64,000 nt of DNA from contig URYW01000003.1 of assembly GCA_900552145.1 (NCBI GenBank), positions 4,736 to 68,735 on the forward strand, written 5' to 3'. The DNA comes from an uncultured Collinsella sp. GTDB taxonomy: Bacteria; Actinomycetota; Coriobacteriia; Coriobacteriales; Coriobacteriaceae. Under the pieces are notes generated by a model. It saw nothing but the letters and a program-made list of their open reading frames with translations, made no database searches and was not told the origin of the DNA. Position 1 is the stretch's first letter, and every line of letters starts with the position of its first letter. Both the position numbers and the translations under genes were made by a program. This document shows, piece after piece, positions 1-11,600 of this stretch.

Positions 1-1929
1 GATGCCTGCTTTGATTGCGGGCCGCATATTACGTGGCGTGAGGCTGTGAACGGCGATGCGTGCGGGAATTCGTCCGCAACACCGGCCGTCGGCACCACAC
101 GCGAGGCCAGCGACGCCATCATCGAGCGCTGTGTTGAGCTGCTGGCCAGCGGTGGCGTCGTCGCCATCAAGGGCCTGGGCGGATTCCATCTAGCCTGTGA
201 TGCTGCCAACGAGCAGGCGGTGGCCGAGTTGCGCCATCGCAAACGCCGCAGTAACAAACCACTTGCCGTCATGGTGCGCAGTCTTGCCGATGCCGGGCGC
301 CTGTGCCATATCGACGACGCTGAGCGCGAGCTTCTCGCCGGCAGTATCCGTCCCATTGTGCTGCTGCGCCGGCGCACTGTCGGCGAGGGCAACGGCGATT
401 CTCCCGACGCCCTCGTACTCGCACCGTCCGTCGCGCACGACCTGCCCGAGCTTGGCGTTATGCTCCCCTACACCCCGCTTCAGCATCTTCTGCTTGCAGC
501 TGCCGCGTCGCACGGTATGCACGCGCTCGTCATGACCAGCGGCAACCTGAGCGAAGAGCCCATCGAGACCGATGACGATCTTGCCTGGGAACGCCTCGTT
601 GCCGCCGGCATTGCCGACGCGCTGCTCGGCAACGATCGAGCGATTCTCTCGCGCTATGACGATTCCGTGGTGCGCGTGGTTGACGGCGCCGTTATGCCCG
701 TGCGCCGCGCTCGCGGATATGCACCCCAGCCGCTGCCGTTGCCGGCGCTCGACCGCGCTCCGTCCTGCGTGCTCGCCTGCGGGCCACAACAAAAGGCCAC
801 GATTGCGCTCACGCGTGAAGGGACGAACGGCGAGGCAACCTGTTTTGTGTCGCAGCATATCGGCGATGTTGAAAACGGCGGGACCTTCGATGCCTGGAAC
901 GCTGCGCGCACGCGCTTGGAAGATCTCTTTGATTTGGCGCCCGCCGCCTTGGCCTGCGATTTACACCCCAGCTATCTATCGGGCCAGTGGGCGCGCGAGC
1001 AGGCGCGAAAATGTAATCTGCCGCTCGTCGAGATGCAGCACCATCATGCGCATATCGCGAGCGTAATGGCCGAGGCCATCGCCGCGGGCCAGCTTACAGC
1101 CGACGCGCGTGTCCTTGGCATCGCCTTTGACGGCACCGGCGCCGGCACCGATGGGACCATTTGGGGCGGCGAGTTTCTTGTTGCCAGCCTTGGCGGCTTT
1201 GAGCGCGCCGCGCATTTGCGCACCTGGGCGCTCCCCGGCGGGGCAGCCTCCGTGCGCGACGCCCGCCGCAACGCCTTTGCCCTGCTCAGTGAGCTCGGCC
1301 TGCTCGAGCACCCAGGTGCCGCGCGGCTTTTGGACAGCCTCGACGAGCAAACGCGCAGCGTGACAACCACCATGATCGAGCGCGGCATCAACAGCCCGCG
1401 TACCAGCAGCATGGGGCGTCTCTTTGATGCCGCGGCAGCAATTCTGGGCATCTGCGACAAGGCAACCTACGAGGGCGAACCCGCCATCGAGCTTGAGGCT
1501 GCCGCCTGGCGCGCGCTCGACAACGAAATCGCCCGTTTTCCCGACGACAACGCCGGCCATTTCGCATCTGGCCCATCGTGGCTGGACGGCCCCGATGTTC
1601 TGGACCAGAAAGCATTCTTTGAGGCACTTTTGGAGGGAATTGAAGCCGGAGCGCCCGCCAACAGGCTCGCACTCGACTTCCATGTCGCCATCGCGCGCTC
1701 CTCGGCGCGCATCGCCAGCGATATCTGCGTGCGCGAGGGCATCGACACCGTCGCGCTCTCGGGCGGCGTGTTCATGAACCAACTTTTGCTTCAGCTCCTC
1801 ACCCGCGAGCTTAAAAACGCAGGCCTTACGGTCTTGGTTCCCCAAACCGTGCCCGTTAACGACGGCTGCATCGCCTACGGTCAGGCGGCAGTCGCACGCA
1901 CTCGCCTCGCACAGGTCGCACCGCAATAG
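1..1929 (+). CDS. hypF: Carbamoyltransferase HypF (5' end outside window)
   Basis: Frame open from base 1 (DACFDCGP zinc-finger end). Motifs KGLGGFHLACDA, MTSGN, SQHIGD, QHHHAH, DGTG, SSMGRLFDA, NDGCIAYGQ. Followed by hypCDE. Confidence 0.97.
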   Translation, partial: DACFDCGPHITWREAVNGDACGNSSATPAVGTTREASDAIIERCVELLASGGVVAIKGLGGFHLACDAANEQAVAELRHRKRRSNKPLAVMVRSLADAGRLCHIDDAERELLAGSIRPIVLLRRRTVGEGNGDSPDALVLAPSVAHDLPELGVMLPYTPLQHLLLAAAASHGMHALVMTSGNLSEEPIETDDDLAWERLVAAGIADALLGNDRAILSRYDDSVVRVVDGAVMPVRRARGYAPQPLPLPALDRAPSCVLACGPQQKATIALTREGTNGEATCFVSQHIGDVENGGTFDAWNAARTRLEDLFDLAPAALACDLHPSYLSGQWAREQARKCNLPLVEMQHHHAHIASVMAEAIAAGQLTADARVLGIAFDGTGAGTDGTIWGGEFLVASLGGFERAAHLRTWALPGGAASVRDARRNAFALLSELGLLEHPGAARLLDSLDEQTRSVTTTMIERGINSPRTSSMGRLFDAAAAILGICDKATYEGEPAIELEAAAWRALDNEIARFPDDNAGHFASGPSWLDGPDVLDQKAFFEALLEGIEAGAPANRLALDFHVAIARSSARIASDICVREGIDTVALSGGVFMNQLLLQLLTRELKNAGLTVLVPQTVPVNDGCIAYGQAAVARTRLAQVAPQ

Positions 1930-2060
1930 GCTGTTTGGCCAACCCGCAAGCCGCCGTCTCACAGGTGTAGCGCGTTTGCCCGCAGCCCCCGCGAGCGCTA
2001 CCATCAAACGATGGATTATCCAGCGCCCATCCAGCGCAAAGCGTATAAAAGAGGAACATT

Positions 2061-2321
2061 ATGTGCCTTGCCGTTCCCGGTAAAGTAGTCAAACGCGACG
2101 ATGACCTCAAGGCCACCGTCGACATGATGGGCATCGAGCGCCCTGTTTCGCTGAGACTCGTGCCGACGGCGCAGGTAGGCGACTATGTTCTCGTGCACGC
2201 CGGCTTTGGCATCCAGATTGTCGATAAGCAGGAAGCACGGGAAACGCTCGAGCTTGTTAATGCCATGTCCGAGCTGGTCGAAGAAGACCAGCTTGCCACC
2301 AACCCGGCCGAGGCATACTAG
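2061..2321 (+). CDS. hypC: Hydrogenase maturation chaperone HypC/HybG
   Basis: N-terminal MCLAVP, GDYVLVHAGF; RBS GAGGAA upstream. Confidence 0.97.
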   Translation: MCLAVPGKVVKRDDDLKATVDMMGIERPVSLRLVPTAQVGDYVLVHAGFGIQIVDKQEARETLELVNAMSELVEEDQLATNPAEAY

Positions 2322-3433
2322 TGGCGCCCGAGCAGCCGGCTCGCTCCGGTATCGACTTCTCGGCATTCCGCGATCCCAAGCTGGCTCGCGAGCTCATCGA
2401 GCGCATTCATGAGCTTGTCGGCGACCGCGCCATCAACCTTATGGAAGTCTGCGGCACGCATACCGTGAGCATCGGGCGCTATGGCTTTCGCTCCATTATG
2501 CCGGCCGGGCTCAAGCTGCTGAGCGGACCGGGCTGCCCGGTCTGCGTCACCGCCAACCGCGACATCGACCATGCAATCGCGCTCGCCAACATAAACGGCG
2601 TCATCATCACCACCTTTGGCGACATGATGCGCGTGCCTGGATCGTCCACCTCGCTCGCTGCGCAAAAGGCGGCAGGGCGCGACATCCGCATCGTCTACTC
2701 CCCGCTCGACGCGCTCGACATTGCCGAGCAAAACCCTGATCGCCCGGTCATTTTTATGGGCGTGGGCTTTGAGACTACGACGCCCACCATCGCCGCCGCC
2801 ATCTTGGAGGCCGAGGCGCGCGGGCTGCAGAACTTCTCGGTCTACTGCGCCCATAAGACCACGCCGCCGGCGCTGCGCGCCATCGCCAACGATCCCGAGA
2901 CCGCCATTGACGGCTTTATCCTGCCGGGCCACGTCGCCACCATCACGGGCTTGGCGCCCTTTAGCTTTTTGGTCGATGAGTTCGATACCCCGGGCGTGGT
3001 CACGGGATTTGAACCGGTCGACATCCTGCAGGGCATCTGCATGCTGGTCCAGATGGTTGTCGAGGACAGGCCCGCGATCGACAACGCCTACCGCCGTGGC
3101 GTTAACGCAGACGGCAACCCCGTGGCGCGCCAGCTGGTCGAGCAGGTGTTTGAGCCATGCGACACCACGTGGCGCGGACTGGGGCCGATTGCCAACTCGG
3201 GCCTTTCCATCCGCCCCGAGTTCTCGCGCTTTGATGCCCGCACTCGCTTTGACGTGCCCGTTGAGGCGACGGTCGAGCCGCGTGGGTGCCGCTGCGGCGA
3301 CGTGCTGCGCGGGGCCATTACGCCGAGCAGCTGCCCGCTCTTTGGCCACGCTTGTACGCCCGAGCATCCCGTCGGCCCCTGCATGGTGAGCTCCGAGGGC
3401 AGCTGCGCAGCATACTACCGTTACCGAATCTAG
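2321..3433 (+). CDS. hypD: Hydrogenase maturation protein HypD
   Basis: MEVCGTHT, GPGCPVCVT, GFETT, PGHV, GPCMVSSEGSCAAYY; GTG start overlaps hypC stop. Confidence 0.97.
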   Translation: MAPEQPARSGIDFSAFRDPKLARELIERIHELVGDRAINLMEVCGTHTVSIGRYGFRSIMPAGLKLLSGPGCPVCVTANRDIDHAIALANINGVIITTFGDMMRVPGSSTSLAAQKAAGRDIRIVYSPLDALDIAEQNPDRPVIFMGVGFETTTPTIAAAILEAEARGLQNFSVYCAHKTTPPALRAIANDPETAIDGFILPGHVATITGLAPFSFLVDEFDTPGVVTGFEPVDILQGICMLVQMVVEDRPAIDNAYRRGVNADGNPVARQLVEQVFEPCDTTWRGLGPIANSGLSIRPEFSRFDARTRFDVPVEATVEPRGCRCGDVLRGAITPSSCPLFGHACTPEHPVGPCMVSSEGSCAAYYRYRI

Positions 3434-3481
3434 CCCGAACGCCCCCGCGCGCTGACACCTCCCATGATTGGAGTTTTCGAT

Positions 3482-4516
3482 ATGTCCCATAGTATCTCCG
3501 ATAGCGCTGTCTTGCTGGGCCACGGCTCTGGCGGCCAGATGATGAAACGCATCATCGACGAGGTCTTTTTGGATGCCTTTGGGTCGCCCGAGCTGCTCGA
3601 GGGCAACGACGCTGGCGTCGCCGCACTGCCCGCGAGCGGGCGCATCGCCATGTCGACCGACAGCTTTGTGGTGACGCCTCAGTTCTTCCCCGGTGGCAAC
3701 ATCGGCCGCCTAGCCGTGTGCGGAACCGTCAACGATGTCGCGACCTCGGGCGCCAACGTGCGCTACCTATCGTGCGGCTTTATCCTCGAAGAGGGCTATC
3801 CCATGGATAAGCTCCGCCAGATTGTGCAGACGATGGCCGAAACGGCGCATGAGGCGGGCGTGTCCATAATCACGGGCGACACCAAGGTGGTCGAGCGCGG
3901 CGGGGCCGACGGCGTCTACATCAATACCGCCGGCGTGGGCGAGGTTCCCACGGGCGTGGCGCTCAGCGGCGCCAACTGCCGCCCCGGCGACGTCATTCTG
4001 GTGTCGGGCACACTGGGCGACCACGGTATCGCCATCATGAGCCAACGCGAGGGCCTGGCGTTTTCGAGCACGATCGAAAGCGATGCCGCGCCGCTCAACC
4101 ACCTGATTGCCGACGTTCTGGCCGCAGCGCCCGGCACGCGCTGCTTTCGCGACCCCACGCGCGGTGGCCTAGCGTCCACACTCAACGAGTTTGCCCAGGC
4201 CAGCGGCGTTGCCATGGAGGTCGACGAGGATGCCGTGCCCGTGCGTCCCGACGTGCAGGCCGCCTGCGAAATGCTCGGCTACGATGTGCTGCAGGTGGCA
4301 AACGAGGGCAAGATGGTCGCCGTCGTACCGGCCGAGCAAGCCGATGCCGCGCTGAGCGCCATGCGCGCCGCCCGCTACGGCGAGAATGCCGCCGTCATCG
4401 GTCGCGTGCTGCCACTTGCCGAGGGCGCCCGTCCCGCCGTGCGTGTGCGCACCGGCTGGGGCTCGACCCGCATCCTCGACATGCTCGTGGGAGAGCAGCT
4501 GCCGAGGATTTGCTGA
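3482..4516 (+). CDS. hypE: Carbamoyl dehydratase HypE
   Basis: HGSGG, TDSFVV, GTVND, GDTKVV, RDPTRGG, ANEGK and C-terminal GEQLPRIC; start set at ATG 3482 after GGAG. Confidence 0.97.
   Translation: MSHSISDSAVLLGHGSGGQMMKRIIDEVFLDAFGSPELLEGNDAGVAALPASGRIAMSTDSFVVTPQFFPGGNIGRLAVCGTVNDVATSGANVRYLSCGFILEEGYPMDKLRQIVQTMAETAHEAGVSIITGDTKVVERGGADGVYINTAGVGEVPTGVALSGANCRPGDVILVSGTLGDHGIAIMSQREGLAFSSTIESDAAPLNHLIADVLAAAPGTRCFRDPTRGGLASTLNEFAQASGVAMEVDEDAVPVRPDVQAACEMLGYDVLQVANEGKMVAVVPAEQADAALSAMRAARYGENAAVIGRVLPLAEGARPAVRVRTGWGSTRILDMLVGEQLPRIC
4459..4516 (+). repeat. Direct repeat copy 1 (hypE 3' end), left boundary of PTS island
   Basis: gggctcgacccgcatcctcgacatgctcgtgggagagcagctgccgaggatttgctga recurs at 11420-11477 with only synonymous or stop-codon differences. 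Confidence 0.9.
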
Positions 4517-4577
4517 CGGCGGCATCCGCGCGCCACCGCGCTTTGAACAATGAGCTTTTGACCGGCTCAGCACAAGA

Positions 4578-4613
4578 GACCCCCGCGACCGAATCGAATC
4601 GGTCGCGGGGGTC
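4578..4613. terminator. Hairpin between convergent hypE and membrane-protein gene
   Basis: gacccccgcgaccga-atcgaa-tcggtcgcgggggtc, perfect 15-bp stem. Confidence 0.7.
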
Positions 4614-4639
4614 CTTGCATTTGCGAGCTTTGCCGTTAT

Positions 4640-5080
4640 CTACGCTCGGAACTTTGGATACGTCAGTCGCACGAGCGCGACGCTCACGCCCAGCTGTATG
4701 AGAATCTGGCGCACGTCGCCGACGCCTCCAAGCGCCACGGCGCGAACCAGGTTGGCGATGCCGAGCGGCATGCCGCCGACAAACCAGAGCGAGAGGCCCA
4801 GCAGCACCTTGTCGCCCATACCGGGTTCAAAGGGCACCGAGGCCACCACCGCCCGATATGCCCGCACCTCAGAGAAGATCAACGCCACGATAAGCAGCAA
4901 GGTAACGAACATCGACGCGATCGAAGCAGAGGACGCCGCAGCGCCCGTAAGCCCGCCCACGGTCGCGTCCATAAGCAGAACGCCGCCCGCATAGACCAGC
5001 GACATGACCCCCAGAGCCGTGAGAGCCGAGCGTGCCCCGGCGCGTCCCGTGCCCCTAACACCGACGTTTCTTGCCCCCAT
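4640..5080 (-). CDS. Small hypothetical membrane protein (~4 hydrophobic segments)
   Basis: Hydrophobic ORF; GGGAGG RBS precedes ATG at 5080. Confidence 0.6.
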   Translation of the reverse strand: MGARNVGVRGTGRAGARSALTALGVMSLVYAGGVLLMDATVGGLTGAAASSASIASMFVTLLLIVALIFSEVRAYRAVVASVPFEPGMGDKVLLGLSLWFVGGMPLGIANLVRAVALGGVGDVRQILIQLGVSVALVRLTYPKFRA

Positions 5081-5192
5081 CGTTAACCTCCCTAAAGCAA
5101 GGGGCCCACCGGCACGCACCGGCGGGCCCGTCTATCTGGGGCCAACCCACTCCGGATGACCCCAAAAAAACATCGACGCGGCTTTTGCCCGC

Positions 5193-5459
5193 CTACTCCC
5201 CGCAGCCGCTCTCGATAAGCGCCACGAGGGCATCGACGGCGGCCGCCTCGTCGGCGCCGTCGGCTGCGATCTCAATCTCGCAACCACAGGCCATTCCCAG
5301 GCTCATGACCATCAGGATTGACTTGGCGTCTTTGGCGTCTCCGCCCACCTTGCCAACGGTAATCGAGCTCTCGTACTTGCTCGCCTCCTGCACAAACAGC
5401 GATGCAGGGCGCGCGTGGATGCCGCTCGGATTCTTGACGACCGTCGTCTTGGAAACCAT
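5193..5459 (-). CDS. HPr family phosphocarrier protein
   Basis: GIHARPA (His15-type site) and DAKSILMVMSLG (Ser46-type site); 88 aa. Confidence 0.95.
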   Translation of the reverse strand: MVSKTTVVKNPSGIHARPASLFVQEASKYESSITVGKVGGDAKDAKSILMVMSLGMACGCEIEIAADGADEAAAVDALVALIESGCGE

Positions 5460-5468
5460 CTCTACTCC

Positions 5469-7016
<1,548 letters not shown>

Positions 7017-7079
7017 TCATCTCTCTTGGTTGGGTTGGGATGCGGGCCGCAGGGGCACGGCCCATGATCGGGGGACGTA

Positions 7080-7409
7080 TTAGCGGGCGGCCAGTGCGCG
7101 CACCACGGGCATCATTTTTTTGGCCATGTGCAGCTCGGCACTAATGGTCATAAGCGTATCCTGGGCGTGCACGAATAGCAGGGAGTACTCGACCTCCTCG
7201 CCGCCCGCCTGGCGCTGGATCATCTCGGTCTGCGCCTTGTGCGCATCGAGGATCTTGACGTCGGCCTCGGCAAGGTGCGCGTCCGCCGCTTCGAAATCAA
7301 ACTCCGCCAGAGCGTCCATCGCCTTGTCGATACAGGCGCGACCGTCACCGGCGTTGATGATGACGTTCATCGCGACTGCGGGAACGTTGATTGCCTCATC
7401 AGCCATCAT
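7080..7409 (-). CDS. PTS lactose/cellobiose family IIA
   Basis: AGDGR, AHKAQT, LLFVHAQDTLM; start after GGAGG RBS. Confidence 0.93.
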   Translation of the reverse strand: MMADEAINVPAVAMNVIINAGDGRACIDKAMDALAEFDFEAADAHLAEADVKILDAHKAQTEMIQRQAGGEEVEYSLLFVHAQDTLMTISAELHMAKKMMPVVRALAAR

Positions 7410-7502
7410 AGCCTCCTTCTCTTGGGTGCCAGCCGCCTTCGCGGCCGGCACCGAATCATTTGGTAGCAACTAGGCGACGGACTCTGGGTCGCCCGTAGGG
7501 GT

Positions 7503-8804
7503 TTACTCGGCAGCGGCAGCGGCCTTGGCGGCCTTCTTGGCAGCCTTCTTTGCAGCCTTTTCGGCTGCTTTCTCTTCCTCAACCTTGCATTGATAGTTGT
7601 CGGCCGCCTTGAAGAACGGGAACCAGAGAATCGCGGCGATCAGCAGGTTCACGCAGACCAGGGCAACGTTGCGAATGTCGCCACCGGACATAAAGAACGC
7701 CGAGACAGCATTGGGCAGGAAGTTCATGTCGAAATTCTCAACGTGAAGGCTCGCCCAGCCCATGCTCATCCACAAATAGGCGTTGGCCGGCAGGATGATG
7801 GCTTGAAGCACCATGGGGATGAACATGAAGGGGTTGGCAACGATCGTGGAAAACACGAGCGGCTCGTTGATATTGAACAGGGACGGGACGATCGTGGCAC
7901 GACCGAGTGTTTTGTTCTTCTTAGACTTGGCGAAAAGCATGTAGAAAGCCAGCGGGAGCGTGGCGCCCTCGCCGCCGATCATGATGTAGCGAGTGATGCC
8001 GTAGGCGTTGATGTTCGTCGGAGTGAGACCGGCGGCATATGCAGCCATATTCTCGGCAAGGGCGGACTTTTGGATGGACTGCTGGATGGGCGAGAAGACC
8101 CAGCCGGAGATGCCGAAGAAATAGAAGGTGTCCATGACGAGTGGAATCGCGATAGTGCCGGGGAGCGTCTGGGCAAAACCGGTAACGGGCGACAGGATGA
8201 TCGCAACGGCGCCAAAGACGTCAACCTGAAGCATGTTGGTGAAAAGCCACGCAACGAAGAGCGACAGCAAGACGGCGATGATGTTATCGAACCAGTTCTT
8301 GACAAAGTCGGGGACCATGCTGTCCTCCGAGAAGAACGTCATACGAGCCATGCGCTTGTAGATGAAGCCCACGACAAAGCCCACAACCATGGCGGTGAAC
8401 ATACCGCCGGCGCCGAACTTGGCCATCTGAAAAACGTAACCGTCTTCAGTGATCGTAGGATTCATACACAGCATGAAGGCGCCTATACCGGTGAAACCGG
8501 CGATCATGCTGCGGTCTTTACGGTCTTCCTTGACCGCAACATTATGCGGGATGATAAACGCCATGAACAAGCCCACGAGGCCAAACGAGAACGTGGTGAG
8601 CGGCGACAGATCGGGCAGGGTCGGAACAAAGCGACGGATGATGTTCCACAGGCTCGGGATGGCCGAGACCATGGAGAAGGGGACGATGTAGAGAACTGCG
8701 TCGGAGATGACGCCAAACCAGTAGGTTGAGGTAAGCTTGTTCATCACGGGGACGACATGCTCGGTGATCCACGCCTGGATCGCCTCCATGAACTTTTGCA
8801 GCAT
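7503..8804 (-). CDS. PTS lactose/cellobiose family IIC permease
   Basis: Multi-TM; GGEGATL and PSLFNINEPLVF motifs. Confidence 0.92.
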   Translation of the reverse strand: MLQKFMEAIQAWITEHVVPVMNKLTSTYWFGVISDAVLYIVPFSMVSAIPSLWNIIRRFVPTLPDLSPLTTFSFGLVGLFMAFIIPHNVAVKEDRKDRSMIAGFTGIGAFMLCMNPTITEDGYVFQMAKFGAGGMFTAMVVGFVVGFIYKRMARMTFFSEDSMVPDFVKNWFDNIIAVLLSLFVAWLFTNMLQVDVFGAVAIILSPVTGFAQTLPGTIAIPLVMDTFYFFGISGWVFSPIQQSIQKSALAENMAAYAAGLTPTNINAYGITRYIMIGGEGATLPLAFYMLFAKSKKNKTLGRATIVPSLFNINEPLVFSTIVANPFMFIPMVLQAIILPANAYLWMSMGWASLHVENFDMNFLPNAVSAFFMSGGDIRNVALVCVNLLIAAILWFPFFKAADNYQCKVEEEKAAEKAAKKAAKKAAKAAAAAE

Positions 8805-8815
8805 GTTGTCCCCTC

Positions 8816-9145
8816 CTAGTCCTCGTCAAGCAGGTCGTAGGCATCCTCGAGAATGCTCTCGCCGTCGAGCGCCGCATAATAGTCGGGGTCGATGGCCATG
8901 ACCTTCACGCCGTGAGATGCCACCTGAGACTGAATCTCGGGCACCTCGGAGGCGAAGTGCGGGCCGAGCAGAAGGATGTCGATCTTATCTGCGTAGTCCA
9001 TGATCTCGGACTTGCTGACTGCCTTGATGGTGCAGTCAAGGCCCTTGGACTTTGCGACCTTGCGCATGCCCGCCGCCATAAAGCCGGTCGAGGCACCGAT
9101 GCCGCAAGCGAGAAGAATACGGACGGTGCCGTTCTCGTCTGCCAT
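8816..9145 (-). CDS. PTS lactose/cellobiose family IIB
   Basis: ILLACGIGASTG active-site loop, DILLLGPH; start MADENG after AAAGGAG. Confidence 0.92.
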   Translation of the reverse strand: MADENGTVRILLACGIGASTGFMAAGMRKVAKSKGLDCTIKAVSKSEIMDYADKIDILLLGPHFASEVPEIQSQVASHGVKVMAIDPDYYAALDGESILEDAYDLLDED

Positions 9146-9254
9146 GGGGTACTCCTTTCCCAATAAGCGGGCCCAAGGCGGCTCCGATGCCGCCGCGGTC
9201 CCCGCCATGTTCTTGGGCGTCCGTGTCGACCCGGCCGCCCTTGACCGTGACTGC

Positions 9255-9366
9255 ACTATACGCGGCAGAGGGTTCTTGCCGCCAACCATCTTTTTGCCGC
9301 ATGGCGGCAAGGCGGCAGATATTCCGCTTGCACGGCAAGCCGGGCGGTTTTCCGCTTGGGCGGCAA
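9255..9366 (-). promoter_or_regulatory. PTS operon promoter region: -10 TATAGT plus three imperfect palindromes TT(G/T)CCGC-n-CGGCAA at 28-bp period
   Basis: CGGCAA half-sites end at 9310, 9338 and 9366; actata at 9255-9260; lies between the divergent PTS operon and PRD regulator. Confidence 0.6.
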
Positions 9367-9447
9367 ATTGAAAAAGACGCCCCGCCTTTCCCTGAGATAC
9401 CATGGGGCGGTACACCCTATCTGCCGATCATCTCTGGGAGAAAAACC

Positions 9448-11418
9448 ATGGCGAGCGCTAAGCAGAACCGCATCAACCGCATGATCAATGTGCTCGAAAA
9501 CAGCAGCTCCTGGGTATCCTCATCTATGCTCGCCAGCTTATTGGGCGCAAGCGAGCGCAGCATCCGCAACTATGTTGCCGAGGTCAACGAGACCGGCGCA
9601 CGACATATCGAATCATCTAAAGAGGGATATCGCCTCGCTGCAACAGCGTCGGCCGCCGACAATGCCCCGACCTCCCTCCCCGGCAACACTGATATCGCCC
9701 CCGCCGGCACCGATACGCGACGCGACTTTACCATCTCGCGCCTCGTCAACGCACGCGGTGGACTCTCCGTCTTTGATATCGCCGATGAACTCTTTATCAG
9801 CGAGAGCACGTTTCAGAGCTCCGTGATGCCGCAGGTGCGTGCGCTCGTGCGACAGTTTGGCCTCAATGTCGAGACGCACGACTACCGCATGACGCTCACG
9901 GGGCGCGAGGCCGACAAGCGCAAACTTCTCGGCCACATAGCCACCCACAACTCCTATGGCTACTTCACCTCGACCAAGACGCTCGAGAACATGTTTCCCA
10001 GCTTTGACGTGCAGGCGACCCTCTCGAGCCTGGTCGAGATCTGCCAGCGCTCGGACCTGTTTATCAACGACTACGCGTTCTCCAACCTGCTTATGCACCT
10101 GCTGGTGATCATCATCAGGCTCACCTCGAACAACGAGCTCAGCGAGGTGGACGGCCCCATCGACGGAGACGGCCTGGTGGCGCAGCTTGGGCAACGCGAG
10201 CAGATTGTGCACTGCGCCCAGCGCATCGCCGCCTACTTTGAGAAGGAGTTTGGCTGTGCCATCCCGCGTGCCGATTTTCAGCAGATCCTACTGCTTTTGG
10301 CGCTTTCCGTCGAGCGCTGTGATTTTGGCGACCTCAACCGCGAGAAGCTCGCGAGCATCATCGACCGCGATTTTGTTGACATGGTCCTGGGGATTCTCGA
10401 CGAGTGCGGCGAGCGCTACAACCTGCCGCGCTTTATCGACGAGCCTATGCGCCTGCAGCTCGTCCTGCATATGTTTAACGCCTACCAGCGCGCCGTCTAC
10501 CACGTAAGCTACCCCAACCCGCTCGCCGCGCAGATCAAAAGCGAACACGCACCGGTCTACGACATGGCGGTCTATATCGCCCACCGTTTCTCGACCGCCA
10601 TGAATGTTGAGGTAGGCGAGAATGAAATCGCGTTTATCGCCTTTCACATCGGCGCCTATTTTGAGAAGTTCTCCGCACCCGACGGTGCCATCACCTGCAC
10701 GGTGATTATCGAGGAGTATCACGATTTTGCACGCAGACTCGTCGACGACCTCAAGGCCGAGTTTGGCGACGCCATAAGTGTTGTTGCCGTGATGAGCTGT
10801 GATGGCTACCTGGCCGATCCCCCCGAGAGCGACGTGGTGGTCACCACGATCGACGTGCCGGTTTGCGGCGGCAGCACCAAGATCTTGATCGGGCCAATCC
10901 TCACTAAGCAAAACGTGCGAAAGATCCGCGATCGGCTTTGCGCCATCCAAGAGCGACGGCGGCGTCTCTATGCCCAGGGCCTTTTGGGACGCCTGCTGCA
11001 GCCGGGGCTGTTTATGCGCAACGTAGACGCAAACGACGCCACAAGCTGCATCGACCGAATGGGAGAGCTTTTGGCCGCTCAGGGACTCGCAACGCCCGAG
11101 TATATCGCTGACGTGCATCTGCGCGAGAGCGTCTCGTCGACGGCGTTTACCGACAGCCTTGCCATGCCCCACGCGATCTCGATATATCCCGAGCGTTCGT
11201 TTATCGCCGTGGCCCACAATGACGCCCCGATTCCCTGGGGACGCCACAACGTGCGGTTTGCGCTGCTTATAGGCATCGCACAGGAGGACATGGGGCTCTT
11301 TAGAGATGTGCTCGACCTGACTATCGAGGTGTTCTCCTCGGTAGAGACAACGATGAGGCTCATGCAGACCGACACGTTCGAGGAGTTTCTGGCTGCGTTT
11401 ACCGACGGTATCGGGTAG
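9448..11418 (+). CDS. LicR/MtlR-type PRD-domain transcription regulator (HTH-PRD-PRD-EIIB-EIIA)
   Basis: N-terminal HTH (LASLLGASERSIRNYV), PRD-type EIAFIAFH, C-terminal EIIA-like RESVSSTAF...AMPH. Confidence 0.9.
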   Translation: MASAKQNRINRMINVLENSSSWVSSSMLASLLGASERSIRNYVAEVNETGARHIESSKEGYRLAATASAADNAPTSLPGNTDIAPAGTDTRRDFTISRLVNARGGLSVFDIADELFISESTFQSSVMPQVRALVRQFGLNVETHDYRMTLTGREADKRKLLGHIATHNSYGYFTSTKTLENMFPSFDVQATLSSLVEICQRSDLFINDYAFSNLLMHLLVIIIRLTSNNELSEVDGPIDGDGLVAQLGQREQIVHCAQRIAAYFEKEFGCAIPRADFQQILLLLALSVERCDFGDLNREKLASIIDRDFVDMVLGILDECGERYNLPRFIDEPMRLQLVLHMFNAYQRAVYHVSYPNPLAAQIKSEHAPVYDMAVYIAHRFSTAMNVEVGENEIAFIAFHIGAYFEKFSAPDGAITCTVIIEEYHDFARRLVDDLKAEFGDAISVVAVMSCDGYLADPPESDVVVTTIDVPVCGGSTKILIGPILTKQNVRKIRDRLCAIQERRRRLYAQGLLGRLLQPGLFMRNVDANDATSCIDRMGELLAAQGLATPEYIADVHLRESVSSTAFTDSLAMPHAISIYPERSFIAVAHNDAPIPWGRHNVRFALLIGIAQEDMGLFRDVLDLTIEVFSSVETTMRLMQTDTFEEFLAAFTDGIG

Positions 11419-11419
11419 A

Positions 11420-11477
11420 GGGCTCGACCCGCATCCTCGACATGCTCGTAGGAGAGCAGCTGCCGAGAATTTGCTAG
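11420..11477 (+). repeat. Direct repeat copy 2: orphan hypE 3' end (GSTRILDMLVGEQLPRIC*)
   Basis: Matches 4459-4516; begins 1 nt after the regulator's stop codon. Confidence 0.9.
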
Positions 11478-11600
11478 GGCGGAATTGCACGGCTGGCGCG
11501 ATGTGGCTTGATATCCCTGGAGATGTTCAGATTCCAAGCACGCCCAACGCGAAAGCCCAGTATTATGGGGTGCGATTTAAACCCAATGACGGGAGCTTTC

